Positions 25,293 through 37,317 of a stretch of DNA of 64,000 nt are shown one piece after another (positions within the stretch are counted from its first letter, which is position 1; each line of letters starts with the position of its first letter). This stretch comes from Felis catus (Eukaryota), in assembly GCF_018350175.1 (NCBI RefSeq), contig NC_058382.1, forward strand, positions 2,914,001 to 2,978,000, read 5' to 3'. The notes under the pieces were generated by a model. That model was not told the DNA's origin, did not search any database, and was given only the letters and a program-made list of their open reading frames with translations. The position numbers and the translations under genes were made by a program.

Positions 25293-25589
25293 TAAAGCAG
25301 GCATTTACACGCTAGGTCCTGAGTCTCTGATGGTCTCTGAATATGGCCAGATACTGCCCCATCTAAGTGTTCCCCAACTGAATGCACTTACCAAGAATCT
25401 GGGAAGCAGATGTGCTCCAAAGGGCAAGAATGAAAAAGAAGCAGGACAGATGACAGTGGGTGCTTCCAGAGCACTTGGACTTGCGTAGTTCAAGTCCAAG
25501 TGGGAGGTGCTGCAGGACTTGAAGGAAAAGTGTTTGGTAAACCCAAAGACACTAGAGCTTGATGAGGATGTAGGGAAACTGGAACCCTC

Positions 25590-26030
25590 AGACGCTGCTC
25601 GTGGGAATAAGAAGTGGTGTGTTTCCTCCAAAAGTTAAAGATGAAAGTTACCATATGACCCAGCAATTCTATTGGCAGATAAATCCTCAACAAAACTGAA
25701 AACACAGGGGGGCACCTGGCTGGCTGTGTCGGTAGAGCATACAACCCTTGATCTCGGGGTTGTTGCGTTCGAGCCCGACTCTGACTGTGGAGAGATTACT
25801 TAAAGATGAAATCTTTTTTAAATATTTATTGATTTTGAGGGAGAGTATAAAAAAATCCTTAAAAACAAAAAAACCTGAAAACACGTTCACACAAAAACTT
25901 AGGCATAAATGTTCAGAGCAACATTCTTCATAATAGCCAAAATGTGGGCAATATAAACAAATGTCCATCAACATCTGAGAAGTAGTTCAATCCTATGTAA
26001 GTATATCCTTTCCAAGGGATATTTATTATT
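25590..26030 (+). mobile_element. L1M fragment with inserted short CanSINE (about 25708-25860)
   Basis: ttaccatatgacccagcaattc...aaatgtccatcaac; the insert is flanked by a repeated ctgaaaacac. Confidence 0.7.
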
Positions 26031-28301
26031 CAGCCAGGGCTGAATAAGCCTAGAGAACTACCCATCTTCCAGAGTGACTAAGCATAATATAGTAAGCCAG
26101 GTACAATGCTGGCTGGAGACATGAAGTTACTAGCTTGAGGAACTTAGACGATGTGCTGCAACCATCACAGGAGGGTTTTGAGCAAGGCACTAGCATTGTG
26201 AGGGCTTTAGGATTTCTCTGAAACTAGTGTCCTGAGGTCAGCAAGAAAGAAGCTGGATGAAGGTGGTGCTATCACTTGGCCTGGGAGCTGGAGGTAGGCA
26301 GGAGTCAGAGGATGCTTTCCGGAGGAAGTAAGTTGTGAGGGAAAAAAACCCACCAGGCTCCACCAGAAGGGTTACCCCGAGTGGCAGTCACAGATGGAGA
26401 CCTAACACCTTGAGGAATGAAAGTGTGAGATTTCAATGGGGGGGGGGGGGGGGGGGGTATGAAATGCTGTGTTTGACCAGGGCACAAAGTAGTAACAGGT
26501 GGGGCTAGAAGGCTTGGTGGGCACTACACTTCATAGAAAGGCTTTAAATGTCAAGCCAAGGAGCTGGGATTTTTGTCTTGACTCAAGAGAGCCATGCAAG
26601 GGGCTTGAGCTGAATGAGATCAGATCTGAATTTCAGAAAGCTCTGCCAGACTGTGTTGGTGGGCTAGTGGAAACTGAGAGGCCAGAGAGGGGCCGATGCT
26701 GAAATCCAAACATGAGAAGGCATGAGGTCCGAGCTAGAGAAGGGGTGGTAGACAGAGAGAGATTTCAAGAGCGATTACACGAGGAGCCCTAAATTCTCAT
26801 TTTTCCGATTCCATTGGCTGATTTTAGAGACTCTTTTCTTAAGTTCACTTATTAATTGAGAGAGAGAATACGGATGAATCCCAGGCAGGCTCCGCGCTGT
26901 CAGGGGAGAGCCAATCTCATGAACCACAAGGTCATGACCTGAGCCAAAACCAAGAGTCGGACTGAGCCACCCAGGCTGATGTCAGTGTCCTCAAGAACTT
27001 CAGAGCTGCAGAGAGGAACTCGTCACGCGAGAACAATAACGGCATTAGCCCCTGCGTGTCCCACCATGTTCGTGCAAAGGCATTACTTGGCGCTTTCATA
27101 CCTGGTTCTACTTGATTACCCTGCGAGGTAACGCATTACCATTCCCGCTTTATAGGACAGGAAACTGAGGCTGAGAGAGGGAGTTCACTGCTCAAGCGCA
27201 CACTGGTAGTGACCTTCCCCCCTCCGCTTCCCCCCCCCCCCCCCCCAATCCCTTAAGCCAAGGGTGTCCGTGGTTATAGCTTTGGTTCCGGCCTTCGGAG
27301 GCCGATCGCCTTCCCTCCACCACCGTGGCCCTTCCAGCCTCCGCCCGCCTCTCTATGGTGTTCCTCCAGCCCTTCTGCACACACGTTTCCCTCCCACCCT
27401 GGCTGCTCTCTACCCGTCGCCACTCTCTCTATGGTTCGCCCTCCCCGCAACGCTCCCCGTACCCACTTTCTCTAAATAAGTCAATCCCGGCCGTCGGCTT
27501 CTAGCGCCCGTTGAAGACGAGCTGGGGCAGCCTCTCTGGTCCGGCCGGCGGGAAGCGGCGGCCACTGGGAGAGCGCCTGCAAGAAGGGCCCGGGGAAGAA
27601 GGGACCGTGACTTCCAGGGAGAGAACCTGGGAAGCCTGCGCGCCGTTCAGGCCCTTTGCGAAAATGCTCCGGCTGGAAACACGAAGCACAGAGGAAGGAT
27701 CCGCTTTCCGCTTGCCCAGCCCTGAGGAACTGGGTATCCCAAGAAAGATCCCTGTCTCCAGATGAGCTTCCCGCCTCTTGTTTCATTTTTGTTCTGACGG
27801 CGCTGGAGACACGCAGGGAAATCGGGAAAATGCCCACCTCGTGACACAGACCAGGGAAAATGCGGCCAAGAATGGGGAAGGAAGTCGCTCAGACGTGGTC
27901 AGCCAGGACTCAAGTAGATCTCCAGCCCTTGCCCCTGAGTTTCCGGAATCTCTGTGGGTTTTCTCCCTTGAAATAGCTGAGGTAGAAAGTGACAGGAGGG
28001 CTCCTAAAAGAGGCAGTGCAGGGCCCTCACGGTCAGGGTCCTGTCTGGTTCCCAGCCTCATGTACCAGGATTCTCCTTCACACATGGCAGAGCTGATTTC
28101 TTTTTCTCTTTCCTTTAAAAGTGGGTAAAAATCCGCCAAGTGGATTTACCGCAAAGCTAATGAAGCTGAGACTTGGAAGAAACTTGCTTATGATTTTCCC
28201 AAATTTGTCAACACAGCTAAAATAGTGATGAGTCTGCAATGAAGGTTTCTTAAGTTACCAATAATAAAATTTTGATCAACCACATCAAAGGAGAGATCAG
28301 A

Positions 28302-28488
28302 GGGGTGCCTGGGTGGCTCAGTCAGTTAAGCTCCTGACTCTTGACTTGGGCTCAGGTCATGATCTCCTGATTGGTGGGATCGAGCCCCACCTTGGGCTCT
28401 GTGCTGACAACACGGAGCCTGCTTGGGATTCTCTCTCCCTTTCTCTCTGCCTCTCCCCCCTCTCAACATAAATAAACATTTTAAAAAA
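28302..28488 (+). mobile_element. CanSINE
   Basis: ggggtgcctgggtggctcagtcagttaag...(CT)-rich...ataaataaacatt. Confidence 0.9.
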
Positions 28489-29235
28489 TGGATACAATAT
28501 TTTTATGAAATTACTGTCTGACTCAGCTCTATAATCCTTTCCCCCTATATTCTTTGACTGGCTCTTTATATGACAACAACAGTTTTGTAATATTTTCTAT
28601 CAACAGAACAAAAAGATAATCTGATCTCTCCTTTTTTGTTGTTGCTTATTTATTTATTTAGAGAGATCACAAGCAGGTGAGGGGCAGAGAGAAGAGACAG
28701 AAGAGACAAGCGCCCCATACCCACTTTTAAATTGGGGGGTTGTCTGTGGTCATTGTCACCTTTTAAGTTTGTAATTGGTTGGAACTTATTTTCTCATGCT
28801 AAAGAAATATTCACATGCATACCTTATTTCATATTTAAATTTTTGTATCCTCAGTTTGTAAGTCTCACACCCCACAAAACCTGGATCTGCCCCTGTTCTC
28901 ACACTCGGTGAGCTCTCAATAAATACTAGTTATTATTGTCATTATTATTTTAATCTGGAGACCCAATAGGAAGGTGCAAGGATGATCTATTCTTGGGTGA
29001 TTACAATTAGATTTAGACTTCAGATAGCCAGAATCACCAGCGACTTATTCATTCACATACTTATGTAATGACTCATTAATAAATGTTTTTTGAATACCTG
29101 TAACATCCCAGACACTAGTGTGGGTGCTGGAGATGCAGTGGGAAATGATACAGCCACGGTCTCTACCTTCAGAAAGCTTACAGTCTGATACATTGAAGTG
29201 AAGTTTTCAAAAGTCAGAATTTACAAATCATCTAC

Positions 29236-29565
29236 AGGGTGCATTGCTGGCTCACTGGGAAAATCATGCAACTCTTTTTTTTAATGTTTTCTTTTTTTAT
29301 GTTTACTTATTTTAGAGAGAGAGAGAGAAAGAAAGGGGGAGAGGAGCAGAGAGAGAAGGGAACAGAGGATTCCAAGCGGGCTCTGTGCTGACAACAGTGA
29401 GCCCGGTGTGGGGCTTGAATTTGTGAACCTCATGACCTCCTCTAAATTCAGACGCTTAACTGACTGAGCCACCCAGGTGCCCCAGGCATGCAACTCTTGA
29501 TCTCGGGGTCATGAGTTCAAGCCCCACATTGGATGTAGCGATTAATTAACTAACAAATAAATGAA
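29236..29565. mobile_element. Short + strand CanSINE with nested - strand CanSINE (about 29276-29485)
   Basis: Inner TSD catgcaactctt; outer TSD aaatcatctacagg. Confidence 0.85.
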
Positions 29566-29719
29566 AATCATCTACAGGTTCCCCCAACCACACATTCTCT
29601 TGTGGAAATTTACAACCATAGAGAAAAGTTGGAAGAATTGCACATCCATATACCTACCATACAGGCTTATAAGTTTTAAATATCATCTACAGTTTGATCC
29701 TAAAATATCATGGTCAGCT

Positions 29720-30440
29720 AATCCTTTTTTTTAATAGCTCCATTGGGCCATAACTCACATACCATACAATTTACCCATTTAATTGATGATTCAATGGTTT
29801 GGGGTATATTTACAGATAAGTGCAGCCATCAGCACAATTTTAGAGCATTTTCATCACCTCAGAATAAACCCTGTGCCCCCTAGCTATTGATCTTATATTC
29901 CCTCAACTCTACTCCAGCAATCCCCTGGCCCTAAGGAACCACACATCTAGTTTCTGTCTCTGTAAATTTTCCTGTTCCAGATAGTTTGTATGAACGGAAC
30001 AATAGAATATGCGGGGTTTTGTGTCTGGTTTCTCTCACTAAGCATAATGTTTTCAATGTTCATTAATGTTGTAGCATGTATCAGTACTTCATTCCTTTTT
30101 ATGGGATAANNNNNNNNNNNNNNNNNNNNNNNNNNNNNNNNNNNNNNNNNNNNNNNNNNNNNNNNNNNNNNNNNNNNNNNNNNNNNNNNNNNNNNNNNNN
30201 NNNNNNNNNNNNNNNNNNNNNNNNNNNNNNNNNNNNNNNNNNNNNNNNNNNNNNNNNNNNNNNNNNNNNNNNNNNNNNNNNNNNNNNNNNNNNNNNNNNN
30301 NNNNNNNNNNNNNNNNNNNNNNNNNNNNNNNNNNNNNNNNNNAGCATGTACTTACAAGTTTTTATGTAGGCAAATATTTTCATTTCTCTTGGGTACATCC
30401 CTAGGAGTGGAATTGCTGGGTCATAGGGTAACCCTAACAG
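29720..30440 (-). mobile_element. L1M 3' region spanning an N-gap
   Basis: Antisense L1 motifs (tcacataccatacaatttacccattt...gcatgtatcagtacttcattcc...ggagtggaattgctgggtcata). Confidence 0.8.
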
Positions 30441-30490
30441 CCAATTCACTTAAAAAGCAAGGAGATTTCTTAAAAATTAAAAAAAAAAGT

Positions 30491-30720
30491 GGGGGGGAGG
30501 GATGAGTGGCTCAGTCGGTTAAGCATCTGACTTTGGCTCGGGTCATGATCTCACAGTTCATGGGTTCGAGCCCCATGTTGAACTCTGTGCTGACAGCTCA
30601 GAGCCTGGAACCTGCTTCGGATTCTGTGTGTGTCTCTCTCTCTGCCCCTCCCCCGCTCAGACTCTGTCTCTGTCTCTCTCAAAGATAAATAAATTGTTTA
30701 AAAAAAATTAAATTTTTAAT
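30491..30720 (+). mobile_element. Felid-type CanSINE (SINEC_Fc-like)
   Basis: tggctcagtcggttaagc...gctgacagctcagagcctgga...cttcggattctgtg; flanked by a repeated aagcaaggaga. Confidence 0.9.
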
Positions 30721-32294
30721 AAGAAGCAAGGAGAAGTGATGTGCTCACAGTAGGGATAGGAAGAAGCGAGGCTAAACCCCACATCTTCTATTTCCAAGTT
30801 CAGGACTCTTTCTTCCATTTTATAGCCTTCTAGCATCAGACCATGCAATAGACTGTTGATGTAGTTCCAGGCTCTGGTGGATTCAGAGGCACATAGGGGA
30901 AAAGGCAAGGAACCCACGTGTATTGAGCACCAGTTCTTTCCAGGAATTACGCTAGACCCGTAGCATTCTCCACCTATGGTGTTCTCAATACAGTCCTGCC
31001 AAGTAGCAATATGCTGCCCACTTTGTAGATGACAACTGGACCCTGAGAAGGGACATCATTTGCCCAAAGTTGCATAGCAAATGGATGCATGGATATGAAC
31101 CCAGGTTTGTCCAACTTGAAAGTTTATGTTCATCTCACTGAACTACTGTCTCCTCTCCAAACATTTAATTCTCTCAAGCTCTGATACATAAATTCTTCTA
31201 TCTCCATTAATTTAGCTACTCATTCATTCAACCATTTGTTCATTCATTCACCAAACATTCACTGAGGCACGTATATGTCTTCTCTCTGAGGGTGCAGAGA
31301 TGAAATGGACCCCACCCATGAGAAAGGACAACAGGGATGAGCTCTGTGCTAGACGCTGTATCATGAATTATCTCATTTAATAAAAGGAGTTTCAATGAGA
31401 AACCATGTTACACCCATCAGATTGGCAAAAATTTAAGTTTGACTATCAAATAGTAGTAAAGATTTCAAGCAACATGAGCTCCCATTCATAGCTGGTGGAA
31501 GTGGAAGTCAGTAGTAATTATAGATAATACATAGTGCCTACTTTGTGTTGCAAGACACTTTACATATAATGACTCACTTGATCAGCAGAGCACCCAGCAC
31601 TTAGCTGTTAAATAAGTACTACTATGTTATGTTTGCTTTACAAGTGAGAAAACAGAATGGACTGCCTTTCTCATTAGACACAGCAGGTACACACAGTGCC
31701 TAGGGCCCATGACACTTTTGGGTGCCCATGAAAAACATGTTAATGTTGAAATCAGAAATGTAATCCAGCCTGGCTTATGTTCATCTTTACACCAACCCAG
31801 TCACAAAATATCATTTTAAATATAGTTTTTGAAATGAAGGGGCCCACGGAGGCAGAAATGCCAGGGTTCGTGAAACCACACTGGAGAAAGCACTGGTTAA
31901 ATGATCTGAAGAGCTCCCAGGTAGTTAGTGGTGGGGTGTTACAAAAGCAAGTGATTGATAGCAACCAAAGTGAGGAGAGTGGCCGAACGTGGTAACAGTT
32001 TTTGATCCAGAAATTCAACTCCCAGTTGCATAATATAGAGAAAGCTCTCTTTTGGGGGTCAAGGACACGTAAGCAAGAATGCACATGGCAGTACTGTTTA
32101 TAATAATAAAAATTTGGAACCAGCCCAATGTCCACCAATAGGAGAACGAATAAATGTAACATGATATTGTCCTCAGTGGGATATCATACCAGCACTGATA
32201 CCAGCAATAACTAGACTGCATGTATCAATGTATACAAATATAAAAAGGGGAGAAGGAAAAAAAGAGGTTAGACTGAAATTACAGAATCAATTAG

Positions 32295-32527
32295 AAAATT
32301 TTTATTTTTATTTTTTTACTTAAAAAAATTTTTTTTGAGGTTTATTTATTTTGAGAGACAGAGAAATGGAGCGGGGGGAGGGACAGCGGTGGGGGGAGAG
32401 AGAGAATCCTTAGCAGTCTCTGCTCTGCTAGCACAGAGCCTGGGCGGAGCTCAATCCCACGAATGTCATGACCTGAGCCAAAATCAAGAGTCAGACGCGT
32501 ACCCGACTGAGCCACCCAGGTACCCCT
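32295..32527 (-). mobile_element. CanSINE
   Basis: T-rich tail, catgacctgagcc, ctgagccacccagg. Confidence 0.85.
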
Positions 32528-32684
32528 TGTTCTGAACACCTTTTATATAGAAATAGTTTATAATAAAATAAATGTAAAGAAAAGACCCCCTCTGTGTAGG
32601 GAGACTAGGTTATGCTGTAGCAACAAGGGCAATGGCCCAGGGGCCTCACAAAATAAAACGTTTATTTTAAATGCTACATCTCCT

Positions 32685-33135
32685 GGGCGCCTGGGTGGCT
32701 CAGTCAATTAAGTGGCTCTTCTGCTCAGGTCATGCTCAGGTCTGCTAACGTTTGGTGGGTTCGAGCCCTACGTTGGGCTCTTTCCTGACAGTGTGGAGCC
32801 TGTGTGGGGTTCTCTTTCTCCGCCCCCCTCTCTCTCTGTCCCTGCCCTGCTTGTTCTCCATCTCTCTCTCTCAAAATAAATAAAAATAAGCTTAAAAAAA
32901 TAAAACTAGGGGCGCCTGAGTGGCTTAGTCGGTTAAGCGTCCGACTTTGGCTCAGGTCATGATCTCCTAGTTCACGAGTTCGAGCCCCGTGTGGGGCTCT
33001 GAGCTGACAGCTGGGAACATGGAGCCTGCTTCGGATTCTGTGTCTCCCTCTCTCTGCCCCTCCCTCGCGCATGCTCCGTCTCTCTCTCAAAAATAAATAA
33101 AACATTAAACATTAAAAAAAATAATAATAAAAATA
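32685..33135 (+). mobile_element. Two head-to-tail CanSINEs
   Basis: Heads at about 32685 and 32908, each with (CT)n and an A-tail; the pair is flanked by tgctacatc. Confidence 0.9.
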
Positions 33136-33899
33136 ACTGCTACATCCCCAAGGAAGCTCAGCGCCAGGTTCTGCTCATTGTCGACACTCTGGAACTCGGG
33201 CTAATGGAAACCATTTCAACCAGCCGAACCCTGGCCTGAAACGGCGGGATGGAAATTGGCCAAGGGCTCGATGGCTCTCCCGACCAACTGAGGTTGAAGC
33301 ACATCGCTGTCCCTGACAGGCCATTGGCCAAAGAGAACCATAAGGCTACGTCTACCTTCAAAGGAAAGTGCAATCTTATCATGTACCCAGAAGGAGGAAA
33401 AACAGCAAATCCAGGAATTAATATGATGTTTAAGCATCACCTACCCTGCCCTCCCAAGGAAACTGCCTAAGGGGTGTTCAAAGGTGTTCCATATCTCTTT
33501 TTCTCTTTTCCTTTTTCCTCATCTCTTTTCCTCTTTTCCACAACACCTGCACAGTTTTATACATGACAAAATGTGCACACGGCCCAGAGAAGTGCAGTGA
33601 CTTCTCCGCGGTCACACAGCCAGGCCAGGGAAGGAATCAAGACCCAGTCCTGTCCTCGGTGCTGCCCAAACCCACCGTCGGTGGGCCCTTTCCTCCTGAT
33701 ATGCCTTTCCCAGGCGTCTCCACCGGTGTCGCTGTTTGCCGAACACCCTCTGTAAACCGACTTGGAAAAACCCTGACATTCGTAAACGTTGCCATGCTCT
33801 GTGACGAGGAGCCACGCGGAGGTGGCGACAAAAACATGCTGTAGGAAAACAATAGAAAACAACAAAGGTGACGTTCAGGCCAGAGTCGGCTGACTGCCA

Positions 33900-34430
33900 G
33901 AGCCTGGTAATGCTGGTTAGAAGGAGAAATTCCGCTTGGCCGGTCGCCACCCAGAGCCCCACCCGCGCGGTCCTCCCCGGCTGACAGGTGATTAGAAGGG
34001 ACCCAGCGCTCCCTCCGGGTGGGCGGGGCTCGGCCTCCGTGGAGCTCCGCCCCCCCGCCCGCTAGTGCGCCTGCGCAGCAGCTCTGACGCCGGCCCGAGC
34101 CCCGCCCCCTCCCGCCGCGACCACGGGCTTGGGGGCGGGGCCTGGGCACAAGATGGCTGCCGCGCGCCCGGAGCCCCCGAGTCCGAGCTCAGCGGCCCCG
34201 GAGCCGCGATCCCCGGAGACGCCGGACCTGGTGCGGGCGGGGAAGGGGCCTCGGCGGGGGACTCGAGGCGGGAAGAGGGCTCAGGGCAGGGGGCGGGGCC
34301 TATGAGGGCTGGGCGGGGGACGTATTTAGGGCTCCGGGTCTGGGGGGTGGGGCCTCTCGGGGTGGGCGAGGGGCGTGGCCGAACGCGGAGCCTATGAGGA
34401 TGCGGGGCGTGGCCTGTGTGGGTGTGGCCT
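33900..34430 (+). promoter_or_regulatory. ZNF784 CpG promoter
   Basis: GC boxes, NRF1 TGCGCCTGCGCA (34066-34077), and a YY1-like AAGATGGC overlapping the start codon. Confidence 0.8.
34153..34230 (+). CDS. ZNF784: ZNF784 coding exon 1 (not in ORF track)
   Basis: MAAARPEPPSPSSAAPEPRSPETPDL|gtgcgg, 78 nt, phase 0; resembles the recalled human N-terminus MAAARPE...DL. Confidence 0.9.
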
Positions 34431-34754
34431 AAGGAGGGGGTTGGGTGGAACATCTGGGCAGGAGATAGGTAAGGGGAGAGAAATCTCAGAGATTGACTTT
34501 GTGTTGTTAAGGGGGCGAGGCCTCAGATATATTCTGGGGCTAGAGAACTTGGTGGATGATTGGGAAGGTGACCCTGAAAGACAAGGATGGGTGGTTATGG
34601 TCGGGGCACCCGCGCTGGGGTGGAGTAATGATTCTGCAAGGGTCCGAGTGATGTGTCTCCAATGCCTAAGGGGGGATTTGGGGGGCAGGGGTAGAAATGA
34701 CTGCTCCAGGTGACTTTAGAACGTTCCCCACTAGGGGCTGGAGAGTAACAGACA

Positions 34755-35330
34755 CTCATTCATTCAACAAACATTTACTGAGCTCTTCCTGGGGCTCAGT
34801 GGGTAGAGAGGTGAACAAGACAGATAAGGACTGTGTTCTCTTGGAGCTCCCAGCCCAGCGGGGAGAGAGACAATAGAGGACATTTATTGTGATACACGCT
34901 ATGAAGGAAATAAAGAGTGAGCTGTTAGAGTGGGGGGTAAGGGGAGCTACATGTAAATGAGAGAAGTCAGCTGCGTGCCGGCTTATATTTACACTGGGGT
35001 CAGAGACAAGCAGGAGCCGGATCACGATGGGTATTATGATGGCGGTTTGGGATGTTACGTGCAGTTGAAGCCGTGGAAGAGTTTTGAGTGGGAAAATGAC
35101 GACCTGATTTCCATTTTCAAAAGGTCATTCAGGCTGCTTTGGGGAGTCAGCAGACATAAGAACAGAGGTTCTCTTCAGGAGGCTCTTTCATTGTCAAGCC
35201 AAGAAATAATTGGCTTTTAACTGGGGTAGGGGAGAGAAATGGCTGGATCCGTGATGTATTTGGGACCGGAGGGGAAGTCTTGATAGGGATACTGCAGAAT
35301 CCTAGAAGATGGAGAGCAGGATCTGGAAAC
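34755..35330 (-). mobile_element. LINE-2 fragment in ZNF784 intron
   Basis: Diagnostic L2 end cattcattcaacaaacatttactgagc. Confidence 0.7.
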
Positions 35331-35444
35331 TGAGGGGCCCAGCACGCTACATATGAGATGGATGTTTTAATAAGTGGGGGGCTTGTGGGTGAGGCCCTGA
35401 GGCAGGGTCCACAGGCTCCTGGTTTTTTCTCCTCCTCACCCCAG

Positions 35445-36335
35445 GTCCTGGTGCCAGATGATGGCCGGCCTGCCACACCCCCGAGTGACCTCATCGAGAT
35501 CCAGGTGGTGAAGGTGACGGACACCACGCTGGTACCTGAGCCCCCGGAGCCAGGTTCCCTCCACTGTGCCTTGTGCCCAGCTGCCTTCCGGCTGGTGTCT
35601 GAGCTGCTGTTCCACGAACATGGCCACCTGGCGGGGGCTGAGGGCGGCGGGCAGGGTGGGGACCCCAGCCGGTGTCATGTGTGTGGCCACAGCTGTCCGG
35701 GCCCCGCCAGCCTCCGCGCGCACTACAGCCTGCACACGGGGGAGCGGCCCTACCGCTGCGCCCTCTGCCCCCGGGCCTTCAAGGCCCTGGCGCCTCTGCT
35801 GCGGCACCAGCACCGACACGGGGTGGAGCCGGGGACCTCTCAGAGGCCCCCGGAGGCGGCGGCGGCTCGGGAACAGAGGCCCGGGGTGCCCCAGGAGAGG
35901 TCGGAGGTGGTGATGGCGGCGGCGGCAGCAGGCGCGGCGGTGGGGAAGCCTTTCGCCTGCAGGTTCTGCGCCAAGCCGTTCCGCCGCTCGTCAGACATGC
36001 GCGACCACGAGCGGGTGCACACGGGCGAGCGGCCCTACCACTGCGGCATCTGCGGCAAGGGCTTCACCCAGTCCTCGGTGCTCAGCGGCCACGCGCGCAT
36101 CCACACCGGGGAGCGCCCCTTCCGCTGCGCCCTGTGCGATCGCACTTTCAACAACTCCTCTAACTTCCGCAAACACCAGCGCACCCACTTCCACGGGCCA
36201 GGGCCAGGGGTGGGGGACTCTGGCAGCCAGCTGGCCTCCGGGGCCGAGGAGCCAGGGAGTGGCTGTGGGGCAGGAGACAGTCTGGAAGAAGGCCAAGGGG
36301 AGACGGCAAAGGTGAAGGTGGAGGTTGCCCAGTAG
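35445..36335 (+). CDS. ZNF784: ZNF784 coding exon 2 (6 C2H2 fingers)
   Basis: Pyrimidine tract + ccag|; encodes VLVPDD...LIEIQVVKVTDTT...ETAKVKVEVAQ*. Confidence 0.96.
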   Translation, partial: VLVPDDGRPATPPSDLIEIQVVKVTDTTLVPEPPEPGSLHCALCPAAFRLVSELLFHEHGHLAGAEGGGQGGDPSRCHVCGHSCPGPASLRAHYSLHTGERPYRCALCPRAFKALAPLLRHQHRHGVEPGTSQRPPEAAAAREQRPGVPQERSEVVMAAAAAGAAVGKPFACRFCAKPFRRSSDMRDHERVHTGERPYHCGICGKGFTQSSVLSGHARIHTGERPFRCALCDRTFNNSSNFRKHQRTHFHGPGPGVGDSGSQLASGAEEPGSGCGAGDSLEEGQGETAKVKVEVAQ

Positions 36336-37311
36336 GCTGGGAGAGCAGGGACATGGGGGCATCAACGTGGGAAGTAGGAGGCACATTGCAAGGGAGGGGG
36401 GGGGTGGGAAAAGGAGGCAGGAGAGAGGAGATGGGGGTAGAGGTGAAAAGAGCTAACAGTGATGGCCATGAGCAGCTAGTACAGGAGAACAGGTTTCGGG
36501 ACACCCACAAACCCATACAGCACCTCCATGAGACTCAGAAAGGCACAGACACAGACTTGTGGATGCCCAGGTATGTGTGAGGAACACAGGCTGGTTTTCA
36601 CTGCCCAAGCTGCCTGCTCATTGGGTTGTCCTCATGCAAGACACAGTTTGTCCCCACAGAGCCTGGGCACCATAGAGGGTGAGCCAGGGTTGAATGGAAG
36701 GGGCAGAACTGGGGTCAGTCCTTCATCTACAGAACCCTGGACTATCTTGGGGGCCTAGGGTGGACCAGGATGGAATCTTTTGCCTACCTCACTGGATTGC
36801 ACTGAACCTGGGATGCCTACCCACCCTCAGGCAGAAGACACCTGCCAGGTCCTCCATGAAGAGACTCTGGGATCCCATCACCTCGAAGCCAGAGGGTTCC
36901 CAAGTCCTAGCTGAGAGCACTTGAGCCTCAAGGATGTAAGCATGACCCTAAGGATCTTGACTCTAAGAGTTGCTCCCTGCTCCCATGGTGGGCCTTCCTT
37001 AACCCACTGACTCTGAGGCAACAACATTACAACAGACAGCAAACAGCCACCTAATACCCCCGTCATAGGCCTTTAGGTTCAGAGCCCATGGCCCCCAGGG
37101 CTACAGAGTAGCCTCAGTTTTCTCTGATCTCCTCCACTCCCTGGTTGAAGCAAACAGCTTACTGCCTGACCCAATGCTATCCCATGGAAGTGTTGGGGAA
37201 GGCAGCATGGTGGGCTGGCCTGTGTACGGCAGGTGTGGAATGAACTGAGTCACCGTGGCGGGGGCAAAAGGAGGACCTGGGAGCTGGAGGTGGGGAGCCT
37301 CCAGTTCTCCT

Positions 37312-37317
37312 ATTAAA
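37312..37317 (+). terminator. ATTAAA poly(A) signal, probable ZNF784 3' end
   Basis: About 1 kb past the stop, followed by GT-rich sequence. Confidence 0.55.

Noticed and set aside
35358-35444. ORF-track N-terminus MDVLISGG... for ZNF784
   Set aside because: Intronic; contains the polypyrimidine tract and acceptor. The real start is exon 1 at 34153.
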